Below are positions 25,114 to 36,092 of a stretch of DNA of 64,000 bases, piece after piece. The DNA is from Centroscyllium fabricii. Its lineage: Eukaryota. The notes below the pieces were generated by a model. The model was not told the DNA's origin and did no database searches. It saw only the letters and a program-made list of their open reading frames with translations. The translations under genes were made by a program, and so were the position numbers. The stretch is from the NCBI GenBank assembly GCA_051313645.2, contig JBNRSN020000004.1, forward strand, positions 95,046,001 through 95,110,000, written 5' to 3'. Positions within the stretch are counted from its first letter, which is position 1. The number at the start of each line of letters is the position of its first letter.

Positions 25114-25769
25114 TGCATCATATTGTGCGACTTTCTGACTGGAAATAGTCAATTGCTAAGGGTTCCCACACGCTGGAAATCAATTGGCCAATTGAGCCAA
25201 AATTGCGTGGACTCCCAGGCCCTTAAAGATTCGTGTCAAAAACCTGACCCGCTGGAAACCCACTAATTCCCTGCACCTCCGGGAAAATTGACCCCCGAGT
25301 GTGATCAAGTTGTTGCCGCTACTGTTTTTAAGAGTTCAAATCTTCACCCCACCTAGCCACTTCACCTCATTAATAGAGATGCTGGCAGTTAAAAAAAATT
25401 GTAGAATGCTGCTTGTTGACATTTAACATCAGAGGAACCTGCAGGAACATTGGATGCAAAACAAATCTCTTGATTGCATTTTATTTCTATGTTCACAGAG
25501 TTATCCCTGTGAATATATAATACCGTTGCTGAACTCCAAGAGCAGGCTCATTCTAGTGCTGTGGACTGTTTACACTCAGCTGTCGCTGGTTCTGACAGGC
25601 CACTTCATGAAGGCCATGTTGAAAGAGGCCTAAGAGTCTGAATAGACTTGATGCTCAACATGCTTGACTAATGCAGAGCATCCAGCAACAAAGCCACAGG
25701 CCACATCTTTTTACTGTGTCCTCCATACACAAAGGAGACATTCAAACACTAACCGGCAGTGCAAGGAGA

Positions 25770-26545
25770 ACTAGAAGGCTAGTTCCTTACTGATGGTCTG
25801 AGTTATGAAGAAGGACTGCAAAAACTTGGACTTGTGACCCCAGAAAATAAGTGATCTTTATTGATGTGTATAAGGGAGTGAAAAAAGTAAATCCGGATTA
25901 TTACTTTAAATTTAATTGCGAGAGTAGGATAAGGGGACACAGGTTCAAGCTAGTAAAGTGCAAATTTAGGACTGATCCGAGGGAACAGTAGCATAATGGT
26001 TGTTGTTACTGGACTAGTAATCCAGAAAAAAGCCTGGACTAATGATCTGGAGACATTCAATTAATTAAATAAATCTGGAATGAAAAGCTAATATCAGTAA
26101 TAAGAACCATGAATCTACCGGATTGTTGTTAAAACCCATCTGGTTCACTAATATCCTTTAGGGAAGGAAATCTGCTGCCCTTACCTGGTCTGGCCTATAT
26201 GTGACTCCAGACCCACAGCAATGTGGTCGACTGTTAACTGCCCTCTGAAATGGCTCAGTTGCCAAGATGGCGGCTCACCACCACCAAGGGCGGTTCGAGA
26301 TGGGCAATAAATGCTGGCCATGCCAGTGAGACCCACATCCCATGAATGAATGAATAAAAAAAATCAGGAAGCTCTTTATTCTTACTAGGAGATCAATGCA
26401 TGGAATGGGCTAGCAGATAGAATAGTGGAGGCAAAATCTCTGGAATCATTTAAGAAGCAATTTGAATCTGCAGTGAGGGGACTTGGGAGTCTTTCTAGAT
26501 GGATGAATTAAGATGGGTGAAATGGCCTTCCTCATCAATCATTAT
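25770..26545 (+). mobile_element. Old CR1 3' fragment containing a second-family tRNA-derived SINE (about 25985-26360)
   Basis: Degenerate SYEEGLQKLGL...RGHRFKL and a CR1 3' UTR. The SINE is homologous to 34820-34925/35598-35830. Confidence 0.6.
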
Positions 26546-26635
26546 CTTGTGGGGACAGTACACCAAACACGCTCTCATTCACTGGGACTGCTGGCGGTTC
26601 AGACTTGGCTGCTAGAACTGCATCTCATCCCATTC

Positions 26636-27068
26636 AACAACAACTACTTGTATTTATATAGCGCCTTTAACGTAGTAAAACATCCCACGGTGCTGCACAG
26701 GAGTATTTTAAGACAAGAAATTTGACACCGATCCACATAAGGATAAATTAGGGGAGGTGACCAAAAGCTTGGTCAAAGAGGTAGGTTTTAAGGAGCGTCT
26801 TAAAGGAGGAGAGAGAGGTAGCGAGACGGAGAGTTTTAGGCTGGGAATTCCGGAGCTTGGGGCCTAGACAACAGCAGGCACGGCCACCAAATGTTGAGCA
26901 ATTATAATCGGGGATGCTCAAGAGGGCAGAATTAGAGGAACGCAGATATCTCTTGGAATGGGGGGGGGTGGGGGGGGCGGGGGGCTGATGGAGATTAGAG
27001 ATAGGAAGGGGCGAGGTCATGGAGGGATTTGAAAACAAGGATGAGAAGTTTGAAATCGAGGCGCTGCC
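26636..27068 (-). mobile_element. L2-type LINE 3' end
   Basis: GGRA...GPKLRN...SSFKTLLKTYLFDQAF C-terminus and a (TTG)n tail. Confidence 0.8.
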
Positions 27069-27149
27069 TCACCTAATCATGCTGATGGTCCATCTCGTAC
27101 TGCTGCATTTGGAGATTTGTAACATTAAGTACATCAAACGTTTTGCACT

Positions 27150-27548
27150 GGCATATAAGGGTCTGTAACCAGTGGACACAGATTTAAGGTAATTGACAAA
27201 AGAACCAGAAGGGAAATGAGAATTTGTTTTATACAGTGTTATAATCTGGAATGAGAGGACAATGGAAGTAGATTCAATGCTAACTTTCAAAAGGGAATTG
27301 GATATATACTTGAAAAGTAAGTATTTGCAGGGCTATGAGTATTTGCAGGGCTATGAATATTTGCAGGGCTATGAGTATTTGCAGGGCTATGAGTATTTGC
27401 AGGGCTATGGGTATTTGCAGGGCTATGGGTATTTGCAGGGCTATGGGTAAAGAGCAGGGGAGTGAAATTAATCAGATAACTCTTTCAAAGAGCTGCCACA
27501 TGCATGATGAGCCGAATGGCCTCCTTCTGTGCTGTATGATTCTATGAT
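27150..27548 (+). mobile_element. Old CR1 3' end
   Basis: TFKRELDIYLK..LQGYG followed by a 3' UTR ending TATGATTCTATG. Confidence 0.75.
27321..27446 (+). repeat. 18-bp tandem repeat, 7 copies
   Basis: (GTATTTGCAGGGCTATGA/G)x7. Confidence 0.95.
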
Positions 27549-28491
27549 CGCCGCAGATCAGAGCTGAATCCGAGGAGCTTTCCCTGCCGAGACCGACTTG
27601 TCCTGAGTGCACTGGTTCCATTTCTGAGCTGAGTGAGTCCAACCATGGAATTCCAGCTATGGTCATGGGCCCAAGTACAACCACTCCAGGATGCTCGTGG
27701 GGGAGGGCAGGGGGTGTTCTTGTGTCCACATGAATGAGGAGGAGGAGGAGTTGACTGGGAGGAGCAGGTTGCGGGTAGAACAGAGCGCATAGTAATTGAA
27801 ATCCCTGTTCATAACATAAGAAATAGGAGCAGGAGTAGGCCACTTGGCCCTTGAGTCTGCTCTGCAATTCAATAAGATCATGGCTGATCTTCTACCTCAT
27901 CTCCACTTTCCTGTTATGTCCCTTGATCTCCATAATATTCAAAAATCTAACGATCTCTGTTTTGAATATACTCAACGACTGAGCGTCCACTGCCCTCTGG
28001 GGTAGAGAATTCCAAAGATTCACCACCCTCTGAGTGAAGATATTTCTCCTCACCTCAGTTCTAAATGGCCGACCGCTTATTCTGAGGCTGTGATCCCTGG
28101 TTCTAGACTCCCCAGCCAGGGGAAACATCAACCCTGTAGAGCCCTGTAAGAATTTTGTATGTTTCAATGAGATCACCTCTCATTCTTCTAAACTGCAGAG
28201 AATATAGGCCTAGTCTTGTAGCGCTTGCAGGACCCAAGAACCACACAGGAGCCGGAGAGACAGATAACACTTGTTTAATTACATTACTAAGCAAGAAAGA
28301 GACTGAACCACGAGGAGCAGGCATATTTAAACTACCCGCTTAGTGACCTCATCACGCCGAGAGACGTGGTGACATCATCGCGTCACCCGGTGGGCGAGGC
28401 TATGCCCCGCAGAACTCCCAAGGCGGATTCGTCAGTCTGGTGTGCCGCCACACAGCTCCCCCCCCAGAATCCGTCCGAGAGGAGAAAGAGT

Positions 28492-31400
28492 CTATGTGAG
28501 GCGTTGTGGTGGCCGTAAGATGCGGCCGGCACGTGTCGTGCGTTGTTCCTTGTTCTGCGGTGGAGTGTGGGCGGGTGTTGGTGCGGGAGGGCGTCCGCGT
28601 TGAGGTGGTTGGGCGAGGACTGTCGCGTCGCCCGCTATAACGTGTGCCGGTTTTAGCCGGTCGATAGAGACAGTTTCTGTCCGATTGCCCAGCTGTAGCT
28701 GAAAAGCTTTGGATCCCGCCCGAAGCACTCTCTAGGGGCCGTCATAAGTTGGCTGTAGCGGTGAGCGATGGGCGTCGTGCCGGACAAACACATACTTCGC
28801 GTGTTTGATGCTGTCCGGTACACGTGCTGCCGACTCTCCGTGCCGGGCCACTGGTAATGGTTTGAACGCTCGTGCCGGGTTGGCGAAGTCCTTGAGGAAC
28901 TGGTCGGCCGACCAGGGAGCGTTTGATTCGGCGAGGAACTCGCCCGGCATTGTTAAAGTCTGGCCGTAGACGAGTTCCGCTGCTGAGGCGTGTAGATCCT
29001 CTTTGGCCGCCGAGCATAGCCCGAGCAGTACCCACGGAAGACGGTCGGTCCATGATGCGTCTTTGAGGCTGGCCCGCAGGGATGCTTTCATGGAGCGGTG
29101 GAACCTTTCGCAGAGCCCGTTAGCATGTGGGTGGTATGTGGTGGTTCGATGTAGGGTTACCCCGAGGTCGCGGGCGATGGCCGCCCATAGTGCCGACGTA
29201 AATTGGGGACCTGATGTCGGTGGGCACGCCGAAAAGGGCGACCCAGGTGGCGATGAACGCCCTGGCCAAGTCCGTGGTGCTGGTAGCAACGAGGGGGACT
29301 GCTTCTGGCCAGCGAGTGTTGCGGTCGACCATGGTCATGACGTGTGTGTGGCCCCGGGATGGCGGTAGTGGTCCGACGAGATCGACATTGACGTGGTCGA
29401 AGCGTCTGGCCGGCACGGTGAATGTTTCCAGCGGTGCCTTGATGTGCTTGTGCACCTTGGCGCGCTGGCAGGCAATGCAGGCGTTGGTCCAGGCGCGGAC
29501 GTCTTTGCGTAGGCCGCGCCACACAAAACGGGCCGAAATTAGTTTGATGGAAGCGCGGGTGCCGGGGTGGGACAGGCCATGGAGGGTCTCTAAAATGTGC
29601 CGCCTCCATGCGTGGGGGACGACGGGTCTGGGCTGCGGTAACGAAACGTCGCAGCAGACTATGGTGGCCGCGGGGCCATGTGCGATGTTGGCCAAGCGTA
29701 GGCCAGGGAGGTTTTCTGCTGGGTCGAGCAGGTCTGGGTCCGCCAGCTGGTCTGCTGCCAGCTTGGCGTAGTCGACCGCCATTTGGGCGGCGTTAATTGT
29801 GGGACGTGACGGGCAGTCAGCAACCACGTTGTCGCGGCCGGAGATGTGTTGGATGTCGGTAGTGAACTCCAACACGGCTGCGAGTTGGCGCTGCTGCCTG
29901 GCCGACCAGGGTTCGGCGATCTTAGCCATTGCAAAAATGAGCGGCTTGTGATCGACGAAAGCTGTGAAGGGACGGCCCTCCAGGAGGAAGCGAAAATGGC
30001 GCACTGCGAGGTAGAGAGCGAGGAGCTCCCTGTCGAAGGCGCTGTACTTAACCTCCGGGGGCCGAAGTTGCCGGCTGAAAAAGGCCAGGGGCTGCCAAGA
30101 GTTGCCGGTCCACTGTTGGAAAACGGCCCCGACAGCGTGGTCGGAGGCGTCAGTGGTGAGGGCCACTCTGGCGTTGGGCCTGGGGTGGGCTAGGAGGGTG
30201 GCGTTGGCCAGGGCGGTTTTGGTTGCGGTAAAGGCGGTGGCGGCATCGGCCGTCCACTCGACCGCAGTTTTGCCGGACTGCCCGCGTGTGGCCTGGTATA
30301 GGGGAGCCATGAGAGCGGCTGCACCTGGGATGAAGCGGTTATAGAAGTTAACCATCCCGAGGAATTCCTGCAGGCCCTTAATGGAGTGCGGGCGGGGAAA
30401 TTCCTGAACTGCCTGCACCTTGGAGGGCAGGGGTATGGCCCCGGTTTTGGAAATGCGGTGGCCGAGGAAGTCTATGATCTCGAGGCCAAATTTGCATTTA
30501 GAGGGGCTTAATATGAGGCCGTGTTCGGTCAGGCGCTGGAACAGGGTCCTGAGGTGCAGGAGGTGCTCCTGGGGTGAGGCGCTGGCCACGAGGATGTCGT
30601 CTAAGTAGACGAAAATGAACTGCAAGTCCCGTAGGACCGAGTCCATTAGGCGCTGAAAGGCCTGGGCCGCGTTTTTGAGTCCAAAGGGCATCCTAAGGAA
30701 CTCGAAGAGGCCGAAGGGGGTAATTACGGCTGTCTTGGGGACATCCACCGGGTGCACCGGGACCTGGTGGTAGCCACGCACCAGGTCGATCTTAGAGAAG
30801 ACCGTGCAGCCCGCTAGCCTGGCGGAGAAATCCTGGATGTGGGGTACGGGGTACCTATCCGGGGTAGTGGCGTTGTTGAGTCGGCGGTAGTCGCCGCAGG
30901 GGCGCCAGCCTCCGCCCGGCTTGGGAGCAATGTGGAGGGGAGAGGCCCAGGGGCTGTTGGAGCGGCAGATTATGCCGAGTTGCTCCATGGTGCGGAACTC
31001 GGTGCGCGCAATCTCCAGCTTGGCCGGGTCCAGCCTGCGGGCGTGGGCATGCACGGGAGGGCCGGGGGTGGTGATAAAGTGTTCCACCCCGTGTTTGGCC
31101 GTGCGGGCGGTGAAGGTGGGATTGGTAAGGGTTGGGAACTCAGCGAGGAGCGTGCCGTATGCATCAGAGTTCCGGGCGCGGCATTGTGCCGCCGCGTGGG
31201 CCAGGTGTGCGGGCCTTGTGGAGCATGGGATGGTCGACATGTTGTGAATGTCGACCAGGCGGCGCCGGGTCATGTCGACTTGGAGGCCGTGGGCACAAAG
31301 GAAATCTGCCCCGAGGAGGGGTGAAGTGACCTGGGCCGTGACAAACTCCCAGTGGTACGTGTGGCCGGCAAGCTGGATTGTGAGCTTGCGGGTGCCGTAC

Positions 31401-31600
31401 GTTTTAATATCTGAGCCATTGGCCGCTGCGAGTGGCGGGCCCCAGATGCCTTTTTTGGCTTCTGCTGGGGAGGCTGGCACGATGCTGTGCTGTGCGCCTG
31501 TGTCGCAGAGTAACCAGATGCCTGTGCCGCTGTCTGTGACGTAGAGCAGTGCTCCGGTGTGTCCTACAGACATAGTGGGGTCTGGGCCGGGCCGTGGCTT
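28492..31600 (-). pseudogene. pol: Gypsy pol (PR, RT, RH, IN), disrupted within the integrase
   Basis: LCDTGA, YLDD, TTDASD, HGLSHPG...CIAC, VDLVGPLP, NGLCERFH. Frameshift near 29210 and a stop at 28732. Confidence 0.9.
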
Positions 31601-31643
31601 GAATGTGCAGGCCTGTACGCAGCGGTGCGCTTTAGTGTCGAAC

Positions 31644-31750
31644 CATAGAATCATAGAAGATAGGAGCAGGAGTAGGCCATTCAGCCCTTCGAGCCTGCTC
31701 CGCCATTCAATGAGATCATGGCTGATCTTTAGCAAGCTAGTACCCCGTCC
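31644..31750 (-). mobile_element. CR1 3' tail inserted into the gag zinc knuckle
   Basis: Nearly identical to 21909-22015; splits WCYYHTR|FDTKAHRC. Confidence 0.85.
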
Positions 31751-32412
31751 GCGTGTGGTAGTAGCACCAGCCAGTGCTTGATGGACGCGGTAGCCTGGGA
31801 GGGCGCGGGGGCCTGGGTTCAGGCGTTGGGTTGGACCTGGGGGGCAAGTGGTTGCGCTCGATTGCCGCGGCATTGAGGTCGCACGTGGTGGAGCGGGTGC
31901 GCTCGGCCGCCATGAGCCTGTCGGCTTCCTCGGCTAGCTCGTCCCCGCTCCGGTGGCAGAGGGCCGCCATGGGCCGGTCTGATGGAGCGGGGTAGTTTAA
32001 GGAGGAATATGGTGCGGAACAGGGAGGCGGGATCGGCGGTGAGCGCTTGCATTTGGCCCCAAAGGTCCGATGGGTCTGCGTCCCCGAGTTCGGGGAGGTT
32101 AAGGAGTTGGCAGTCGCGCTCGAATTGGGAGGGGGTAAATTTTTTAAGTAGCACGGCCTTGAGGAACTCATAACTGCCTGCCGCGGGCACGCGCTGAAGC
32201 TTCGACCCCATCCGATCTATCGTAGATTGCGGTAGGGCCGAGAAGACCAGGTCGTGGCGGTCGTCCCCCTGGATGCCATGTGTGCGGCAGCTGGTCTCTA
32301 TACACATGAACCACGCTGCCGGGCGTTGCTCCCAGAACTCCGGTAGAGTTAGTCTGTGCCCGAAGTTCTGGCCAAGTCCTTGTGATCGAGAAGCTTGGTT
32401 TCTTGAAGGCAT
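31751..32412 (-). pseudogene. gag: Gypsy gag, frameshifted
   Basis: LPEFWEQRPAAWF...YEFLKAVLL...ELGDADPSDL...ELAEEADRLM. Confidence 0.8.
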
Positions 32413-32489
32413 GTTGCTTTTTAAAGTGTTCTGAGGCTGCTAGGTTTTTAGTCCTGTAGCTGCTGTTTTCTCCTTGGAAGACATTCCAA

Positions 32490-32502
32490 GTCGGGGTCAC
32501 CA
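32490..32502 (-). promoter_or_regulatory. Primer binding site, tRNA-Trp type
   Basis: TGGTGACCCCGAC starts 1 nt after the 5' LTR. Confidence 0.85.
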
Positions 32503-33412
32503 CTGTAGCGCTTGCAGGACCCAAGAACCACACAGGAGCCGGAGAGACAGATAACACTTGTTTAATTACATTACTAAGCAAGAAAGAGACTGAACCACGA
32601 GGAGCAGGCTTATTTAAACTACCCGCTTAGTGACCTCATCACGCCGAGAGACGTGGTGACGTCATCGCGTCACCCGGTGGGCGGGGCTATGCCCTGCAGA
32701 ACTCCTGAGGCGGATTCGTCAGTCTGGTGTGCCGCCACAGTCTACTCAATCTCTTCTCATAGGACAATCCGCCCCACTATCCCAGGAACCAGTCTGGTGA
32801 ACCTTCATTGCACTCCCTCTGTGGCAAGTATATCCTTCCTTTGGTAAGGAGACCAAAACTGTACACAATATTCCAGGTGTAGCCTCACCAGGGCCCGATA
32901 TAATTGCAGACCTTTTGTGACTAGGGCCACTTTTCATTTTGTTTTATAGATTTTAAGTCACGGTACAGTTTGGGTACATGGTGCTTACAGTAGAATACGT
33001 TGCCACATTAAGATTGTAGGTACATTAGAGCACACACTGCGAACTATGGGGTTAAAACTCCACTTGTTTACGCGATTAATATTAGCGCAATCCAGGCGAA
33101 ATCGGCCAAACCAGTGCAAAAGATCAATGTATTTTAAACGTGAGTTATGCCAAAAACCACTTATGTTCGTGTTTTCCTCGATCTTTTGTGCTGATGCAAG
33201 ATTCACTTTGCCCAAATCGGGCTCCTCCCATAAAACTGGCCATGCCCCCAAGTCGAATTCGCAATTTCCGTGGATTGCGCTGGTTCAGGAAGGCTCTTGA
33301 AATTGTGCTAATTCCTGAGGTACATGGGCACTAGTCCACACATTTTAAAAGTAAAAATATTTAATTTACTAAGAAGCCAACTAGTGTACGCCCATGATTA
33401 AATGTTTCAGTA

Positions 33413-33948
33413 CAGGTCCGGCATCGTTAATCCGGAAACTTCAGTCGTCCGGCACGAATTCGGGCCTCTTCCTGACTGATCTGCGCATGCGCAAAATGGT
33501 CACCACGCTTGGCTGCGCATGCCGGGCCTCTCCCCGACTGGTCTGCACGTGCGCAAAATGGCCGCCGCGCTTGGCTGCGCATGCCCGGGTCCCTCCCCGA
33601 CTCTTATTCAGTTAGCCCGAGTGATTGATGCTTCGGCAAGCGCATGCGCAGACCATTCAAAACGGTCTCCGGCGTGTGCGGTGGCCATTTTGAATGGTCT
33701 GCGCATGCGCCCGCCAAAGAACATAAGAACATAAGAAATAGGAGCAGGAGAAGGCCAATCGGCCCCTCGAGCCTGCTCCGCCATTTAACAAGATCATGGC
33801 TGATCTGATCCTAACCTCAATTTTATTTTTACTCTCCATCCCGCCCAAACCCATGTGATCACCCGGGATAAGCTTCAGTCATTCGGATTTTTCACTAGTT
33901 TGGCACTGGCCTGGTCCCGGCCGTGCCGGTTTAACGGTGTCGGACCTG
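33413..33948. mobile_element. Tigger/pogo-type MITE with a CR1 tail inserted at about 33718-33850
   Basis: TA|CAGGTCCGGCATCGTTAATCCGG ... CCGGTTTAACGGTGTCGGACCTG|TA; internal homology to 18570-18947. Confidence 0.8.
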
Positions 33949-34082
33949 TATAGCTTTTTTAATTGATTTTCAGTGACTCTTAAATCGGGTTACTCGCAGA
34001 TCTATCGATGTCTCACTGTAACGCAGGAGTCCTAAGGCGAGCTCAAGGAGGACAGAAACCTCCTCCCATGGAGCGGAAGGGA

Positions 34083-34375
34083 CATAGAAACATAGAAGAT
34101 AGGAGCAGGAGCAGGCCATTCGGCCTTTCGAGCCTGCTCCGCCATTTAATGAGATCATGGCTGATCATCCAAACCCAGCACCCTGTCCCTGCCTTGTCCC
34201 CATACCCCTCGCTCCCTATCGAGCCTGCACCGACACATATCCCACCCTATCCCCGTAACCCCACATATTCAATCCCCCTAACACTAAGGGTCAATTTATC
34301 CTGGCTAATCAACCTAACCCGCACATCTTTGGACTGTGGGAGGAAACCGGAGCACCCGGAGGAAACCCACGCAGA
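34083..34375 (-). mobile_element. HE1-like V-SINE, 5'-truncated
   Basis: Reverse complement of the 3' two thirds of 8248-8655. Confidence 0.9.
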
Positions 34376-34927
34376 TCTTTAATAAAATGCTGATTTTTGG
34401 AGATAAACCCATTTTTAGCTGAATTAATAAAACTGTACAGGGTTGCCCCTCTTAAATACATCAAGGAATACCTTTTTCAAGGAAAGAAAATAAAAATAAA
34501 AATTACATCAGCTGCCCAATTGCACTGGTTTATGGAAGATTTTACATTTGCAAATGAATTTTAGTGGAAACTTAAATTGTAAGCTAATTTTGGACACAAT
34601 TTCCCGAATATGCCCAAAGTGGAAACTCTGCCCCTACATGGTTTTTGGGCAATGGAGTAACTTGGTGGTGTATCTGGGGTTCAGCTGGGGCAGGATGACA
34701 GTAAAAGCTGTGCATATGGGAGGCAACTTTCAGGTTGGGTTGTTGACTCATTTTATATATTTAAAAAGAAAAATTAAAATAAATAATTGCAATGGGGAAG
34801 GGAAGGTGAGGTGGTATGTCAGTGGAGTGATTGTTACTGGAATTGTAATCCAGAGGCCTGGACTAATCCAGAAATTGTGAATTCCAATCGCCCCCCATGG
34901 CAGTTTGAGAATTTGAAAAAGCTGGTA

Positions 34928-35595
34928 CAGGTTGAGCACCGGTAATCCGGCACCCGATGGTCCGGCACCTTCAGTGGTCTGTCACGAATGGAAACCGGTG
35001 CTCTTCATTTTATGGAACAGCCGCTCAGCGGCGCCACCGTTTCCCGTGAAGGGTGGGCGAGCGCCAACGGCGTTGGGCGTTTGTTCTGCCCGCGCGCTCT
35101 GGGCCCTGGGGAGTTTTCTACCCGTTCGGTTTATCTGCAAAAACGGAGGCAGAGGCAAAAGAGAAATACCGATTAACAACCACTGCCAACTAGGCCAGGT
35201 GACGAGCCGTTTTATTTGACTAAGCAAGACGGTGCAGCTCTGATGAGGGTGAACCCCCCCCACCCCCATATCTCTCCCCCCAGCTGCCGCCGCCACCACT
35301 GATGTGTGTTTGGGGCAATCGGTGGATACCGGAGCTGCGCCAATTCAAACAGTCGCGCCGCTACCTTGGCATCGTATAAAACCTTGGCCTTTGTCGGGTC
35401 TTGCTTGAAGCAGAGGACTCGTTCTCCTTTGTGAAATTTAAATTTCATTCCCCGACTGTTCATTTGGTCATGATGGAGCTGGAGGATGAGGGTGGGGAGG
35501 AGGGTGAGAAGGGAGAGCGTTAACCTTCAGTGGTTCGGAATTTTCAATGGGCCCGGCCTGGTCCCAAGGGTGCCGGATTACCGGTGCTCAACCTG
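34928..35595. mobile_element. Tigger/pogo-type MITE carrying captured host DNA (Pack-TIR), inserted in a SINE
   Basis: Perfect TIR CAGGTTGAGCACCGGTAATCCGGCACC with TA TSD. Compared with 49879-50223 it has about 400 bp of extra sequence at about 35123-35521. Confidence 0.9.
35365..35463 (-). pseudogene. msl3: Captured msl3 first coding exon (N-terminus of the chromo-barrel domain)
   Basis: [33 protein letters not shown] matches the MSL3 N-terminus as recalled ([29 protein letters not shown]). It is followed by a GT donor. Confidence 0.9.
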
Positions 35596-35973
35596 TATCA
35601 GTTATATATATTTTTTAAAGGGAGCATGAAGCTATTGGATTGTTGTAAAAATCCAAAAGGCTCACTAATGCCATGGGAAGCAAATGTTACCCAGTCTGGC
35701 CTGTGTGTGACTCCAGTCCTATACCAATGTGTTTGACTCTTACCTGCCCCCTGAAATGGTCCAACAAGCCACTACAAAGTAGATGGCCCACCAGCACTTT
35801 CTCCGGGCAGCTAGGTGATAGATTGTAGGCCAATTAGTTGGTCAGCAAAGAACCTCAACTCAATTTCTAATATAGCTATACGAGTGTTCACATACCTCTG
35901 TAAATATCTTACTTTGGGACGGGACGGTAAACTAATTTATTATTTCCCACCCCTTCCAACGTCTTCCCAACAG

Positions 35974-36092
35974 CATGAACAGATTAAACTCTCTGCCAAG
36001 AGGATTTGGGTCTCTGCCAGCATTGGAGGTGCTTGATCTGACGTACAACAATTTGAACGAGAAGTCTCTACCTGGCAACTTCTTCTACCTCA
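35974..36092 (+). CDS. rsu1: Ras suppressor protein 1, next internal coding exon (119 bp)
   Basis: Acceptor ttcccaacAG and donor GTagga. Encodes MNRLNSLPRGFGSLPALEVLDLTYNNLNEKSLPGNFFYL, which continues RSU1 directly. Confidence 0.95.

Larger units (their letters stand above)
20438..25296 (-). mobile_element. Harbinger-type element with a Myb/SANT-like gene remnant, interrupted by a CR1
   Basis: TIRs GGGTAAATTTTC / GAAAATTGACCCCC with GAG on both flanks. Subterminal homology to 366-1152. Confidence 0.75.
28217..32739 (-). mobile_element. Gypsy LTR retrotransposon, CsRn1-like
   Basis: 236-bp LTRs at 28217-28452 and 32504-32739; TSD GTCT; tRNA-Trp-type PBS TGGTGACCCCGAC; G-rich PPT; CHCC gag knuckle WCYYH-R-F-C-C. 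Confidence 0.95.
27810..32905 (-). mobile_element. CR1 3' fragment (27810-28216 plus 32740-32905), split by a Gypsy provirus
   Basis: Reads continuously YEKRLSR|LGLYSLQFRRMRGDLIE across the provirus. Confidence 0.85.
33047..34633. mobile_element. Probable Harbinger-like non-autonomous element hosting a MITE and a SINE
   Basis: Imperfect TIRs GGGGTTAAAACTCCACT / AGTGGAAACTCTGCCCC. Confidence 0.45.

Noticed and set aside
27262-27450. YLQGYE repeat protein
   Set aside because: It is the translation of an 18-bp minisatellite inside a dead CR1 end.
31644-31873. N-terminal part of the 917-aa ORF as a real gag-pol fusion
   Set aside because: The frame reads by chance through an inserted CR1 tail; the true gag knuckle upstream of the insert is in another frame.
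35212-35463. Functional msl3 gene nested antisense in rsu1
   Set aside because: Only exon 1 and one intron are present, bounded by transposon TIRs; the ORF tail is intron read-through.
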